Origin: Takakia lepidozioides
Lineage: Eukaryota > Plantae > Bryophyta
Direction of reading: 5' to 3'
Assembly (NCBI GenBank): GCA_030704615.1
Contig: CM060731.1
Coordinates: 17,298,001 to 17,362,000, forward strand
Length of the DNA: 64,000 nt
Notes under the pieces: model-generated
Database searches by the model: none
Told to the model about the DNA's origin: nothing
What the model saw: only the letters and a program-made list of their open reading frames with translations
Shown here: positions 23,950-38,600 of the stretch, piece after piece
How the letters are laid out: every line of letters starts with the position of its first letter
Position numbering within the stretch: the first letter of the stretch is position 1
Position numbers and translations under genes: made by a program

Positions 23950-25440
23950 AATTAGACGATATGCAGGTAGCCCATGACATTCTCACCAAATGCTTTTTAC
24001 AGCGACCTTCTTATCTTTTGCGTTGTTTCCCCCCCACTCCCCAGTTTGTGGAGCTTCTGTCTTCTTTTGATACGACTGTTAGGGGGATTTTTGGTCGTTT
24101 ATTAGGCCTAGGTGCATTTGATAGTGAGCAGGGGCCCTTGGCATGTCGTCAGGCTACCCTCCCAATCTCTTCTGGAGGAGTGGGTTTATATCCACAGTCG
24201 TCACTGCCCCTGCTGCCTTCCTAGGTAGTTGGGCTTTAGTCGCTCCAGCCTTGGCATCTCGGTTTTTGTGTCAGCAACGTCCTTTTGTCATGGAGGTGGT
24301 TGCCCACATCGACGATGGCTCTTTGTCCTTCCAGCAACATCTTCGTTCAGCGCGGGATCTCATCCCAACACCAGCACGGGCTTGTCTGCCACCCTTTGAA
24401 TAGTTGGTCACTCAAGGTCTGGAGCATTTACAGGATACCATCATGGAACGCGTGCACCGACACTCATTTGCTAGCATGCTTTCCGACGCTCCTTCAGATG
24501 CACATCGGGCCAGACTTCTCTCGTGCACAGGGCCTGGAGCAGGCGCGTGGCTCACGGTACGACCAACCATTGCACCCTTCCGTATGTCTTCTGCTATAAT
24601 TACCACCTCCCTACGAGTTTGACTGGGTCTTCCGCATCCCTCTGTGTTAGGACTACAACAGCGTGTTTGTCGCCATCCTCTCGATTCACTCGGCGTACAT
24701 CTTCTTCGTTGCCCCTGCGGTGGAGTACGCCCTGCGACCCATGACATCGTCCGAGATGCAGCAGCTGCGGTCACTCGTGATGTTGGGATACATGTCATTC
24801 GAGAGTAGGTGCACATACTCCCATCGACCTATAATCACCATTCCACTCGACGACGGGTTGACATTGTTCTCTCACAGGACGGACTGCGTACATAGGCCGA
24901 CGTTGTCATCGCTGATCCTACTATGTCAGATCTTTTGCCCCGCACAGCCTCATCACAGGGAGTTGCCGCTTTAGTAGCTGCGCAGGGAAAGGAGCATGAC
25001 TATCGGGCACGTCATTTCACAAACACATTCCTTCCTTTGGCAGTCAAGATCTTTGGTTGTTTGCATCATCAGTTCAACGGGTTCCTTCGCACCTGTGCCC
25101 ATCGTGCAGCAGAAAACAAAAGCCTTGGAAGCCCATACGCCTCTGTTCTTGTAGCTTTCTTTAGACAACGAGTTTCTATTGCTTTGCAAAAGGCTCAAGC
25201 TCAATCTATTTTACGTCGGGCAGAGGTTGCTGGGGCGGCTTCATCTCGTCTCCCCGCACTCTTTGATCCACCCTCTTTCCTGTTGTCTGACCTTCTTCAG
25301 GCTGTAGGTGATACTAGAATAGTTTGATTTCTTTCTTTGTGTTAATATATCTAGCTCTACGAGCTTTGGTTGTTTCCTCTTGGGGACAGTTACACCCATT
25401 TGTACAGTCACCCCACTTGGGTCTTTTTATAAAGCTATGC
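23950..25440 (+). mobile_element. 5'-truncated, decayed CRE-like non-LTR retrotransposon with restriction-like endonuclease
   Basis: QATLPISSGGVGL, GAGAWL, C..D..G.HLLRC, THDIVRD, RRVDI..ADVVIADP, KEHDY, FLPLAVKIFG, RQRVSIALQKAQA. Multiple in-frame stops. Confidence 0.8.
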
Positions 25441-25816
25441 AGGGTTTTGCTGATGGAGGGAAAAATAAATAAAACAGAGTGTAGAAGGAGAACTTTAGGG
25501 GAACCCTTGGCATTTAGCTATTAGCAATGAATCTAGCAGAGGCAGGAGCTAAAAGGCGGTGCTCCGCCCTCTCCATCCGAGCTTCCCAAAATGGCCAGTG
25601 TATACAAAGAAGAGAAGTGCTGGGCCCATAAATTGCATCCCATGATGGGGGTTAAGAGAATCTTTTCCTAGTGCCATGTAAGAATATTCTACGGTTTTGG
25701 AATATTGGCATGCTGGTTTTTGGATCCTTGGCCTAGGGTGGGAAGCTTTTGAGTAGAGTATTCCGTATACTTGCTAGAGCACGACAAGCCACTCCTCCTT
25801 GCTACCATGCTCTGCC

Positions 25817-28574
25817 ATGGCCTTCCGTGAAGTGGCCAATGTCAGGCCAACCCTCCATATCCACCTTCCCTTTAGTTCAGACGCTCGTGTGTCCAGATCG
25901 ATGTATTCCCGTTTCAATGGCCTTGATGCCACAAGGGTAGCTTGCCGGCCACAGCTTGTAGTCCAGCACTTTGGCGCACACGCGTCTCTGTGTGCACGGA
26001 TTGCCCAAGCCACCCTTCATTCTATCAGCAGTTCTGCATTGAAAGATGTAACAAGTGATTCTGGGGACTTTGCAAGCTCAAGAGCTCCTTTGGTTGTGGT
26101 TTCATTCTACAAATTCGCGGACCTTCCAGACTGTGATCAGATGCGCGCTCCTTTGAGAGACCTTTGTGAGGCCCATGTATGCCCGTCTCCCCTGATGTCT
26201 TGTGGCTTTCTAAGAGGATTGATTTTGTTGGGCACGTTTTGTCTGTTTGGGATGGACAATATTTCACCATTGGAGTTTCTCCTTGTCTAATGTACGAGGC
26301 CTTCCGTTGGAAAATTTCGGTGCCATCTGCAAATCGCAAAACAAAGTTGCTGTCGTTGCAGGATGCCTAGTAATGTAGAATCCTGGAAGCTGGTAAGGAT
26401 ATCTTACGATTGAGGTTGCTTGCACTTCAATGATTTCAATCAAGCCTCCCAATATGAAGTATGCATATTTTCCATGCAGAGAAGGGGTAGCCTGCAAGAA
26501 GCAAGACATTGCTGAGACAAGAAGCATGAAAGAATAGATGTCCCTTAAATGCCTCGCCTTTCGTACTGGGCATGCGATTTGAATGATGTCGTTGCTAGTC
26601 GTCACCTGTAGCTCAGAATGTGGCTCTGTGATTATTGCAGCGCGTGTCAGGAGGAATCATCTTGGCGACAGAAGGGATCAATGGAAGTCTTTGTGGCACG
26701 CGAGAGTCTCTGGAAAAGGTGATGTCAGCCATCCAGAGTGATGAGCGCTTGGCTGACATGCAGCGCAATGAGGCTCCGGCTGGGCCGGAGGATGAAATAT
26801 TTCACCACGGTCACACTTGCAAGTCCCCTCTCGGGGCAGGTGGTGATGCTCCATTCCGGTGGAACCATGTCCGTGTCAAGTTGAAGAAAGAGGTACCATT
26901 ACTACTTGGAGATTGTGACATGTTCACAGGCTCTATTGTTGCAAGTAAGGGTGTATTTTGGGGTGCAGACATACCTTTACTTGCCACCCACAGAATCGAA
27001 GCCCCATTTTTGTGTAGGATTCTGTAGATGCAGAAAGTCAGGAGGTTGGAGTCCCACCTGAATTGGCAGCTAAACAGGTTTTGTCTGATTGAGATCCGTT
27101 GGCACAAGCATGCCTATACCATGTCCTGTTTTTATGGAGCTAACAGTTGTTTGCTGATATATTATGAGTTGCTGGTTGCTTATGTCCCAGTTGGTGCCGC
27201 TGGGAGTCCCAGGAGTTGACCCTTCCAAGAAAGTGGGCAAATATGTGAAACCCGAGGATTGGAATGCCCTCATCCGTGATCCTGACACGGTGCGTGGCCA
27301 GAGACAGTGAGGTGCCTTGTGTCAACTGTACCTTTAGTCTTGTCAGTGCATTGCTTTCTGTGCGTTTACCTCAATGGAGGCAAAATGAGTTGCTGCTGGA
27401 GAAAATGGGGGGATATTTCTTGAAGTTATGAATTCAGTTTCTTGGTGATCCAGTTGGTAGCAGCGGCCTCTAGAATCCCGCCCAGGGACTCTTTGCCAAT
27501 GCCTTATCTCATATCCAAAGTAGGTTTTGTACTACTCATCAGCTTGGAGATATGGCCCTACCTGCTAGAACATGTTGATGTTTGTGAAGTTATTGAAAAG
27601 CACTGGTTGCAGGTTGTAGTCGACGTGAGAAATGCATACGAGATTCGAGTTGGAAAGTTCAAGAAAGCTGTTGACCCACATACAGTCTCATTCCGAGAAT
27701 TTCCTGCCTGGGTTGACCAGCATCTGTTAGATGGTCACCAATCTCGTAATAATTTGGATAAGCAGCTACCAATCAGTCAGGATCCAGATGATAAGAGTCT
27801 GGAGCCTAAAGTGGAGAACAAGTCCCAAAGTTCTCGGCGAATCGCAATGTATTGTACCGGGGGCATCCGCTGTGAGAAGGCCACCTCATTCTTGTTGCAT
27901 CAGGGTTTCGAAAAGGTACTGGTGACTTTCTTACCTGGATTCCCCATTAACTTACTCATTGGTCTGGTGAGCCTTTGTAACAAGCTTCAAATATACATGA
28001 GCTAGTTTACTGTGTGCTTGGTAGGGAGATGGCCTTTGACCATTAGAAATTGGATCCCAAACATGTGCAAGTGCTGTTGTCCCTCTGCTAGAGTCTTAAT
28101 CTGGAAAGTTTTGCATGTGCTACATGTGGATGAGGTGTGTGATTTGCACAGGTGTATCATCTGGAAGGCGGGATACTGAAATATCTTGAGAAGACTGCTC
28201 CGGCAGATAGTCTTTGGGAAGGAGAATGCTTTGTGTTTGACAAGAGGGTGACTGTAGGCCATGGTCTGAAGCAGGGAACCTACCAGCTATGCTATGCCTG
28301 CAAGAAGCCTGTGAATGATGCAGATATGGCATCCCCTCTTTGGGAAGAAGGTGTCTCATGTCCTCACTGCATCTTTCTCAAGTCGGATTCAGAGAAAAGG
28401 AGGGCCAGGGCTCGACAAGAGCAGTTCCAAACTTGGGGCGTGGTGGGGGGACCTGATAAGGGTCAGCGCAAACCTTCTTGCAAGAAGCAAGATATGGATC
28501 CACCTAAGGATCAGTTCTTTACACGCTGGTCTATCTCACCCAAGAGTACAGATGAGCATGGGAAGCATAAGTAA
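25817..28574 (+). CDS. STR7: Rhodanese-domain protein of the YceA/TrhO (UPF0176) family, plant STR7-like, with probable N-terminal transit peptide
   Basis: Exons 25817-26176, 26641-26892, 27191-27289, 27613-27915 and 28152-28574, all GT-AG. Motifs [70 protein letters not shown]. Confidence 0.93.
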
Positions 28575-30236
28575 AGGCATGGAGGATTTTAAGGATAGCT
28601 TTCTGGGGGATAGACTTTGAACATTGAAGCATTTCCTCATGGTGCGTAAGGAAGTTTCACAACAGAGATGGTTACTTTAGTGTGAGGGCTGCAGGCCTCA
28701 TGATTCTGGATGCCTTGTGACTGGGCCAGAGGGTTTGCTTATGGGGTGCAGGCTTAGGTATAGGGGAAGGGCAGCTGATGAGGCCCTTCCAACGTTTTCC
28801 GCCCTCGAAAATGGCAGCTGCCCCCTTCATCCCCCCCCCCCAAAAATCGTCATCTTATGGACTAGGTAACCGCCTCGAGGCCAGGGGTTATCGCATGGTA
28901 GCGCCGAAGCTGCATATGGTAACCCGCGGCCTCGACCCGGTTACCGGACATAACCGGTGTTTTCGAAACATCGAGAGTGACAGTCTATACCCTAATATAT
29001 GATGAGTCAGTTGTGATTTGGTACCTACCCACCTAACTTCCTTGATTCCTAGACCTGTGCTTCCCTCACTACCTGTAATGTATGACGTGTCCGATGCGAT
29101 TTGGTACCTACCCACCTAACTTCTTTGATTCTAGACGCTCTTCCCTCACTTTTCTTGTATAGCTTTCTCCGTGAGTGGCCGTGTGAGAGCGTCCCAGGAG
29201 TTAACCAGTGTCTAAAATGGAGTAGGAAGAATGTACTCCCTGTTTGTGAATCTGCAGCTCGACCTTTGATGCTGGATGTCGATTAACCCCTAAAAGGACG
29301 TGAGGTGTTTTTGGGTTTTTGGACAATTCCGGGACACACCCACACACGTCAAATTATTGATTCCACCATCCAATGGGATGGTGGCTTGCTACCTAGTAGG
29401 TAGGTAAGCAGTAGCAAATTTTTTGAGGGTCGCAGTTTACCGCCTGCGACCAGCGTCGAGTGAGCCAGTCAGTACAGTAGACTTGTACTCGAGATGCCTC
29501 CAAAAATTGGTTATGAATTTCGCAAAGCCGTAGGTGTCTTACGCCTGGCGGAAGGTATATCCTCCTGTCAGGATGAAACTTCCCGTCTGAGAACGTAATG
29601 ATTTTAACAAACCGAATTTCTAGGCTGTTTTTTAGGGGTGGGGGAACTTCTCCAGCCCAGTCTAATCTTCACGTAGGGCCATGCTAATCAATCACCAGCA
29701 ACGGAACTAGCAAAAATGAGCTCAACCCTTTTTTTAATTCGAGGTTCATTCATCTTCCTATTGTCTTCAATTGGCTAGGATGACATCTGAGATAGATGAA
29801 CCTAATTCAAACCACTTTCTAAAATGGACCCCTAGAAAAATACATAAAACCAACCAGATGCAAACTTTAAAATGCGCTTTCATTATGAGTGGTTCAGATT
29901 AGGTCACGTGCTGGGCCAGAATGGTAATTGTAGTAAACCCTTTTAATTCAGAGATGATCATAATGACAGCACTTAGTGGATAGTTTAATAATTATTGACT
30001 GTCCATATTTCAGATATTATTACACAGTTAGAGAGAAGTACTTCAGTCATATTTGGGATCGCCTCACAGCAATTAAGGTGTTGAGGATCACATGTCAAGC
30101 TGATCACATTTGAGCTCCATCTTGTTCAGTTTTAGGAAGCCAACTATTAGTTTTTACACTCCACTCGAGTAGTTTTAATCCACTTTGGGCCGGTGGTGGG
30201 CCCATGCATATGGAGATGGAGAGGTACACTAGTTAC

Positions 30237-31011
30237 CAGTATTTGGGCGGATATTTGATTCGGCCTCATACCCCTGGCAGATCCCAACCCGGATATATAT
30301 ATATATATATATATGCCGGAGGTCAAAAATTTAAATATCCGCCTCCGTTAGGAACCGCCGGATATGAATAGCTTGGATAACCGGAACCCGTGGTTTTGTT
30401 TTTATTTATATTTGTTTTGATCCGAAACTAGTGGCGCACAAGAGACAGTTTATGAACCTTTATATCCGCCCTTTTAAGCGGAGGTTACTAACAGTTTATA
30501 TGGTTACATAAACGATGTGGCATGAGCTGGACCTCTTCATCTCATTTCCACTCATCAGGAAGGGCGGCACAGGATTTATAAGAGACGGCGATTGTGAATC
30601 TTGCATTGAATGGCCTTATTGCGATCTTCAAGGTACGTTGCTGAACACCTCAAATATGTTCAACTGTGATATAATTTAGGTCAGATTATGGTTCAGCTCC
30701 TAATGAAACTCTGTGATACAAATAACTTTGTTATTTTTTCATTAGTATTTTAATTTTTGGTTTATTTTACATCATTAAAATAAACCTTGACTTGTTTGAT
30801 AACCGGATACTAAACCGCCGGATGCCATCTAGAGAGAAAGTCCATTTGTCCATAACCGCATAGGCTTAAATTTTATATTTATTGTTAACCGGTAGGATAT
30901 CAAAAATGAGAAAGCTCCGAAACTCCAGAACCGGAGGATATGAATACAAAGATAAAGCGAAACATCCGTAACCGCCTGATATCAAAAAAATCAAATAACT
31001 GCCTAACACTG
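30237..31011. mobile_element. hAT-like MITE
   Basis: Ends CAGTATTTGGGCGGATATTTGAT and ATCAAATAACTGCCTAACACTG. The 8-bp flanks CTAGTTAC / GTAGTTAC match at 7/8. AACCG-rich interior. Confidence 0.75.
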
Positions 31012-31749
31012 GTAGTTACTCGAGCTCAATTTCCTAGGAGTGAAAGGTTTATTTTATGTAATTGCATGAGCAATTTGCAAGTAGGACTTGATCACATTTA
31101 GATTACAGATTAGTTGGTAAAGGGATTAAAAGCCTGCACTTTAAGGACATCAGGCCCTTGCTGTTGGGTTGACCTATGGCCCACAATGGGTATTTTATGT
31201 ATTTTCACTTTGAATATTCACCAATGTTACGAATTTGTCATTTGTTTTTTTTTTGTTTTTCTGGCAATAATTCTTATTTACAATTTGCCAACGTTAGAAA
31301 AATATCAGTACCGAAGGTGCATCTCTCAATTCTGTTGTGTTTCTTAAATGAGCCAGAATAGGTTCATCTACCTTAGTTCTTTAACCCTTTGGTGGGCCAC
31401 CCCAAAAACAGGACATAAAGTCAGGGATGAGGCTGTATCTGTCAGCAAACATTCATCCACATAAATGATACTTATCAACATGTAGCTACCTACCATATCT
31501 ACCTACTCACAAATTTGTGGACGAATTGGCCGTCGGAATTGGCAGAGTATAATAAAAAACAATGGAGTATTTCTCAACTTCACACAAATATTTCTGGAAA
31601 AATTCAGTTTGACCAAGATGATTTATCATCTTTATGAGTTTTCTTGAGAGCCGGACCTCCACATTCACAAACCATGCATGGTTACAAGTGTCCTCTCCAA
31701 ATCTCATAGCCAAATTCAAAAAACATCATGTGGCTCCTTTGTATGTAAA

Positions 31750-32198
31750 TAATAATATTTGACGCCTCCCGAAGGAAGCGTAAATTATGGTGTCTCTTCA
31801 CCCCGAAGGATTACTGCCTTCCGCTAGGAAGGTGGACACCTTTGTCCTTTGTATGTACAATAAGAGGGGTGCATTGCAAATTCAGAAACACTAAGACATT
31901 AAAAAGCTCCATGGAAGCTGTTTTTTTTTTGTTCAAATGCAAAGTCTTCTGGTCTAGTCCTCCATAGCAAGACGGTAGAGAGGAATTCCCAAAAATACCA
32001 GGAAATTTGAAAATCACATGTGTGGATGTCAAAATCTGTAATTTTTCATGTCATTTCTAGGTCAGGTTATTCTTGTTGGCCGGTTGGACATTTTCCGGTA
32101 GCCGTTTAGGGGGGCCACGTCACTAATAATATTTGACGCCTGTCGTGGTGTCTCGTCACCCCCAAGGGTTACTGCTTTCCGCTAGGAAGGTGGACACC
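31750..32198. repeat. Local ~70-90 bp direct repeat
   Basis: TAATAATATTTGACGCCT..GGTGTCTC.TCACCCC.AAGG.TTACTGC.TTCCGCTAGGAAGGTGGACACC at ~31750-31840 and ~32124-32198. Confidence 0.75.
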
Positions 32199-35100
32199 AT
32201 TGTGACACCAAGCGGTGGATTGACTTTCGAGGTGCTATGTGCCCATTACCACTGGGCTAGAACTTGGTTGTCGCCACGTTGCTACAACTACCGATCGCGC
32301 CTCGAGGAACCCACTGCATTTTGGGGTGCCACGGCCTTCTTCGTGAAGGCACCTGACGAAGTTGCAGCCCGCCGCCAGGCCCATCGCTGTGAAGCCAGTG
32401 ACTTACCACGTTCCTGCAACAGCTATTGTTTGTGACCACTCGTGATGTTGTTTTTGGCATCACCTTGAGCAAGGATTAGCCTTGAACCCCTTTGATTAGG
32501 ATGATAACCTTGAACTCACCGTGCGTCCCAATCACTACAATTGGGCTTGCCTTTTAGATGCTAGCTTGAGGCACGGGAACATGTAAAAGTCGCACTAAGA
32601 CTTCGTCCCCATGTACACGATAATGGTACGTGAACGTAAGCACATAGCTTTTGCGTTAGCCTGCAAGCACATAGCTTTTGCGTTAGCCTGCACAGAGCGA
32701 CCCCCTCGATAACGCGGTTATGTTACGCGCACGCGCCACGTGCGTACTAGCACGTGAACTCCCAATCAAGGCGCAAGCTTGCTCATATATAAAATTTGTA
32801 CCATTGATCATATGACATGTATATTCAAATTAGCGACAAATGTTATGTGTAAACTTTCTCCACTCACCACAAACAATTCATTTCACAATTGTTTCATTGG
32901 TAACAAATCCACATTAATGTGGTCATATATATTCACCTTATTATAGACTCATTTGGAGCACCTGCCAAAATAGTGGGATGACGATTTGTTATTCGTGAGC
33001 CTATACTCTCAAGTTAGTGCCTAAATGTAAGCCTATGAACAATGACTATGAGGGTAGGCTCACACGGTTGCGTCGCCAGATCATGAGTGTAAAGTAGAAG
33101 TTGCAAAGAATCTTGTCAACGTGTCACCTCTGTTTTGTATTTCAATGGTAATGCATTTTTCAATTCATGGTGTTTTCCACCTATAGTATGCATCTTAGTT
33201 TCACCTACGTGTTAATTTTGAGGTTTTTGAAACACAATGTATGCACCATAATGCTGCTACTACTAAGGCTTTTAAATTCCCATGAGTTATATCACCTTCA
33301 AGCATTGAGGCAAACCAAATGGGGAACAAAACTATGAGACATCAAAAAATCATGTTGTCAAAATACAAACTAATATCTATTTTTAAGGACCTAGGAATAA
33401 AAAGGGACGGAACCTTGTCCTTGGGTATATGATCTTTTTCTAGTAACACACCACTTTGCGCTTTCACCCACTAAGAGTCATGCCTAGGCTCACGCTGTCG
33501 TTTGCATAGTTCTGCCTAAGGGCAGGGCCAATTAAAATAAGAAAAAACCTGCCACCAAAACATTATGCCTTCAACCTACAGGCATACTTTTTTTCCCAAA
33601 AAAAATAAAGTTTTGTTACATTGCCATTAGAATTACATATACATATTTTGTAAATATATGCAAAGTCAACCGAAATCAGTTAAGAAAATTGGCTCCAAGC
33701 CTGATCATGGAACACGCCCCTATCTATAATGAGGACCTCGTTCTTGTGGATCATAATTATGAGAGAAAAAATTCCTTATCCCCGGCAAGATAGGCCCCCA
33801 GGGCCAGGTAGGATTGAAGAGCGGAGAAGAGGTTCATATGGACATGCAAGAACCACATGGAGGCCCTATCGCAAAGGTCTTCACCTTCCACCCTTCCACC
33901 ATTCGGGTCAGGTGACACCATAATTTCTGTTTACTTTGGCAACGCGTCCACATTTTGTTTTTAGGCTCGGAGGGCGGTGAGCTTCGCCGCCTCAATGACG
34001 CGGCGGGCCTTGTTTCTAGAAGGCTAGAGCATCTGTGAGTGTGCAGCCAACGTTGTGTCTCCTCCTTTTGACACATGTCCTATACAAGTGTGCCTGACCT
34101 CGGATCTTCCCCCATATAATTTTATCCTAGACCATTCACAAATTAATTATTTTATGGACGGGGGTATAGATACCTTGTGCATGGTTCATGCTTTTGCACC
34201 TAATTACAGGTATTGCTTGAGCATTGCCTTTACCAACACCACCCTAGGTAGAATTTTGACCAGGGGTCGGGTTCTTAACCGTGTTACAACAAAAATATTT
34301 ATCAGCTGGATCGGTTCACCGTGCACTTGCTGAGCAGAGGTGTAAAGGAAGGCCTCGATTCGAGGCCTAATCAAATGCCGAAAATTAATTAAGCATTTCC
34401 CTGCATGAGAAAATTGTCAAGATCTTGCCAGTTCTGCAGGGCAAATACATTTTCATTGAGCATTGCAAGTAACAGAAATCTGCCGAGTACATTCCACATC
34501 GATGGATCTGATGGGGACCTCGAAATGTACCCCTTGATGGATTCAGCTTTTCAAGGGCACCATAAATACAAAGGGAAAAATATGGCAGTTCTTGACAGTT
34601 CATGAGATCACATTCTTGTTCAAATTCTTGATCCTAATCTTCCATTTTAGGTAGTTCTGCTTATGAACTAAGGATGGACCAAGCAATTTCAATGTTTCTG
34701 TAGTCCACAGTAGGGTTCATAACCCTTCACCTAGTGATGGCACATTCAAACTTCATCCATTTAAGAACTTCCTCCATCTAATATTACAAGATCATCCATG
34801 GTGTTACATTTTTGACCTTCACAAATGAATCCCAGAAATGAGCTTGGGGTAATGTTAGAGTCTACTACTTGCACATAATATGGTTGGTGCGAGACTTCGC
34901 TTCTATATTGAGGGAGTGCACCTCATTACTTTACTGTCGAAAACTGAGTATTATTGGAGCCTCTATCGGCGAATATTTGAACCCAGTGTGAGCCCAATAT
35001 TTGCTTCCAGTACTGAATATGCAAGATGCCTGATGTCTGCAACCACATCAAGTTGTGACCCACGTGCTGCAACCCTTCAGTGATTAATTCACTGTGGAAC

Positions 35101-35642
35101 AATTTGGCTGATCAGGTCGAAACCAGTCGGAGTGGCAATTTACAGGTGGTGTCAAGGTATGAGCCAGTCTAGCAAAATCTCTACTTTGATACTATGGAAT
35201 TATTGGGTACTATATCCATGAATGAACTCTCCTGCGAGCCTTTAAGCTATCCAGCACACCTGTAAGCTCAAAGAGACCCCACCCACGCACCAAGACTCTT
35301 CTTGGTGATAATTTATTTACAAATCAGAAACCGATTTGGCACAATCCCAAAAATCTATGACAAACCCGTTCTTCAATCAATTCTACCCTCTGAATCCCAA
35401 CTCTGCAGATAGCCTGGAAGTAATAATGGGGACCTTCAAACCATCTCAATAGGGTCATGGCCCCCACGGACCATGGTAGGTATAGCCAGAAAGGCCCCCT
35501 AAGTCTACTGATCTTCAATTGGATCAAATAAACATGAGTTACACTTGGAATTTCGACGTGACCTTCAGATCTTCGTAGAACCTGAATGATCATTGAGAAA
35601 ACACTCAATGGCGAAAGAGACTGTCAAAAACTGACACTACAA

Positions 35643-38600
35643 TTACAACCTTCGTCCGATTCTCCCTATGCGTCTCACAACGCCAAACACAAGAAACTTA
35701 CCAACAGCTCCTCTATCAACACCGCAGGCCAGGGCTACTGCTCCACCTAATATTATCCACCGCAAGTAACCAGTGCCAGGGCGGCGGTTGTCTTTTTCAA
35801 TCCCTGAGGTATCTCCCTCAGCCGTGAGGGACAGCCCATGGCTGTTTAACAGGGTAGCAGGAACCTTGGTGTTGATACGTGCCATCAACACACAGCGAGA
35901 CACAGGTTTCCCTAGACGTCGGTCTGCTTGAAACTTTCGAATACCAGGTTCGATTTTCTTAACGCAGGGCCACATGCCCTGCCGAACTCCCAGCTTGGCC
36001 AAGTCACGCTGGATGCCCATCTCTTCATGGTGGAATAGCAACACTTCACAAGCAGTCATTTGTCCATCTCCCTTTGCCGACTCAACTGCATACCCATACA
36101 ACCCAAACGGCCATGTTAACAACATGCTTTCCCTTTAATCTAGTATTTGCATACTGACAAAAAACCAGTCCAATAGAGCCATCCTCCATTTCTCCGGTGC
36201 ATAGGCTATTCTCTTTCTTCCATCTTCAGTTTCAATTTCTTCCCCTCTTATCTAACTATTCCTCTCCTGCCCTTTTTGAAACTATCAACAACTGCTTGTC
36301 TGAGTTTCTGGACTCTCAGACATCCTAAGGAGGAGACAGAGGCTCAAAAACAAAAGAAAAATTATGGGATCCTCAATGTACCTGAGCGAATACGCCAGCT
36401 AGAAAAGAAAACATCCACCCTCCTTGGACTATGCTGCCGGGGAATTGAGGGATACTGCACACCCTGCAACCCATTTCCCTATATTAACTCCTGCAGATAG
36501 ACCCATACTGTTCTACACAAAACTACTACAGCTTTGGCCTATGGAGTCATCACTTCAGAATACAACAACATCCCCCCAGGTGTCAAGTAATTTTAGAAAA
36601 CATATTGACTGGTTCCTCCCCAAAGATTCGTCACGGCAGGCTCACATGACCAAAATCTAGTCTGATGGATGCTCCATAGAGGTGACAGCAGTGAGAACTC
36701 AATACAACCTTCATACCTATGCTGCCTAAAGGCCAAGTCCCTGAAGTATGTAACCCTCGAAGAGACAACAACTTTGTATAAACTTGTCATCTTACATTAA
36801 TGAACACATTCTTACCTGGGTGATACAGTAGTACGTGTTGTTAGCCACCCAAATACGTCGTCCAATGATATATTCACGATCTTTACAGAAGAAGGGATAC
36901 TGAACCAACCAATCCAATCCACCCACTCCAAGATCAGTACAAAGTATCTCTACATGTAGAACTCAATATAGAGTGTCTAGATCCTGCCCCCATCTTCTAT
37001 GATCCACATAAAGGTGTGCTGCATGGCTGCTGTCTCTCAAAGAGGACCTTCTATGATTTGTAACCAATTTTCCAATGACAGTACCGTAGCTCTAGAATTC
37101 TCGCCTGAGAAAACCAGTGCCTCCAAAAAAAGAGCCGATGCATAAATAATACACAGAGACGGTGGATCCATCCAAGACACCATTCATGCCAAACATTCTA
37201 AAACACAATTCCTCCTGACCAGCAACAGTTGGTATAGGGCTGACAAAACTTCAACAGTCACCACTTCCACGTGCAAAATTAGGTGACCTCTGGTTGTTCC
37301 ACTCAAAGCAAAGTATGAGAGAGAGGAGAGAAAGAGAGAAAGAGAGAAAGAGAGAGAAAAGGGGGGGGGGCAGGGAGGAGTCTAACCTTCCTAACCCATT
37401 GCACAATCATAGACCCTGTGTCTTTACACTCCTCCAACGTCTTGGTATATATGAGCATATCATCCCACACATCCCTGAATTCATCATCTGCAAAGAAGTC
37501 ACGCATTGTGTCCGGAGCCACATCCTCCAATACAGTTCGGCTTCGATACTCGGTGGGCCCTGTCTGGTACAAGTCCACAACAAACAACATCAGGACTCCA
37601 ACTACTCCAGCTGATAGCATACACAGTGGGGAGACATACAACTTGAAAAGTGGCTGTCATCCATGGCGTCTACCAATGTTATTCAGCATAGTAATTCTCA
37701 GCTACTAACCACGAGCATACATATGAGACTGGATTGCTTTGATAGGTGATTTGCTCAGATTAACTGCACCACTTTCCTGTTTCACTGAGAAACAAAGTAC
37801 CTCATGAAAGATTTACAAATAAGTTCATAAGAAGAAACAGTGACTTCTCCACATTTATATGTTACTCCCCCTCCCAATTTCAAGTGTAGTCCTTAAACAT
37901 GACTTCAATTCCACAGGATTCAAGATAAAGAGATAAATGATTTCATTACAAAGCCACTACCAATGCAGAGAAGGCCTCGACGAGCCAAGCATAAGGTCTG
38001 AAAACATTTCATCCCCACAGCTGATACTGCACCCTAGATATTAGAAAGATGGCTCTTTAGTCAACACACACACACGGTGCTGCCAAAATCATCAGTTTTG
38101 ACTGGGCAAGCTACCTGGGGTTCACGTCGCCACGCTTGGTAAGTCATGCCAGAAGTGGAACGGTCCATCATCAGCTGCCAGGTAGGCCCTCCATCAGTGC
38201 CATCCAGCCGCTTCATGAAGTCAACCAGATCCGCATCTGTCACTACTTCTTTACTGTTTTTTGTGAGAACAGAAGGGCTGCAATCATACACCACTCCAAA
38301 ACCTTCATTACAAACTTCCAATGATCCAGTAGTGATTGTCCCGATGAAGCTGTCCTAACTCTATCTCCACTTCCCTTTAACAGTTGTTGATGGGAAGGCC
38401 CAGCTTGGCCACTCCACAGATATGGGACCACATACAATCCCTGAAATTACTAGCAAAGTTGACAGGGAATTCAGCAGAGATCTTCAACAGTGGCAACAGG
38501 AAGATAAAACTGGATAAAAGTCCTCAAATCCCAAATTTCCAGAAGTAGTGACCAGACCCCTTCTCACTGTCCTGAACGAATTCAAGTCTCCAGATCACTC

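Noticed and set aside
34385-34860. Coding-like minus-strand stretch
   Set aside because: Too decayed to assign; no motif recognised.
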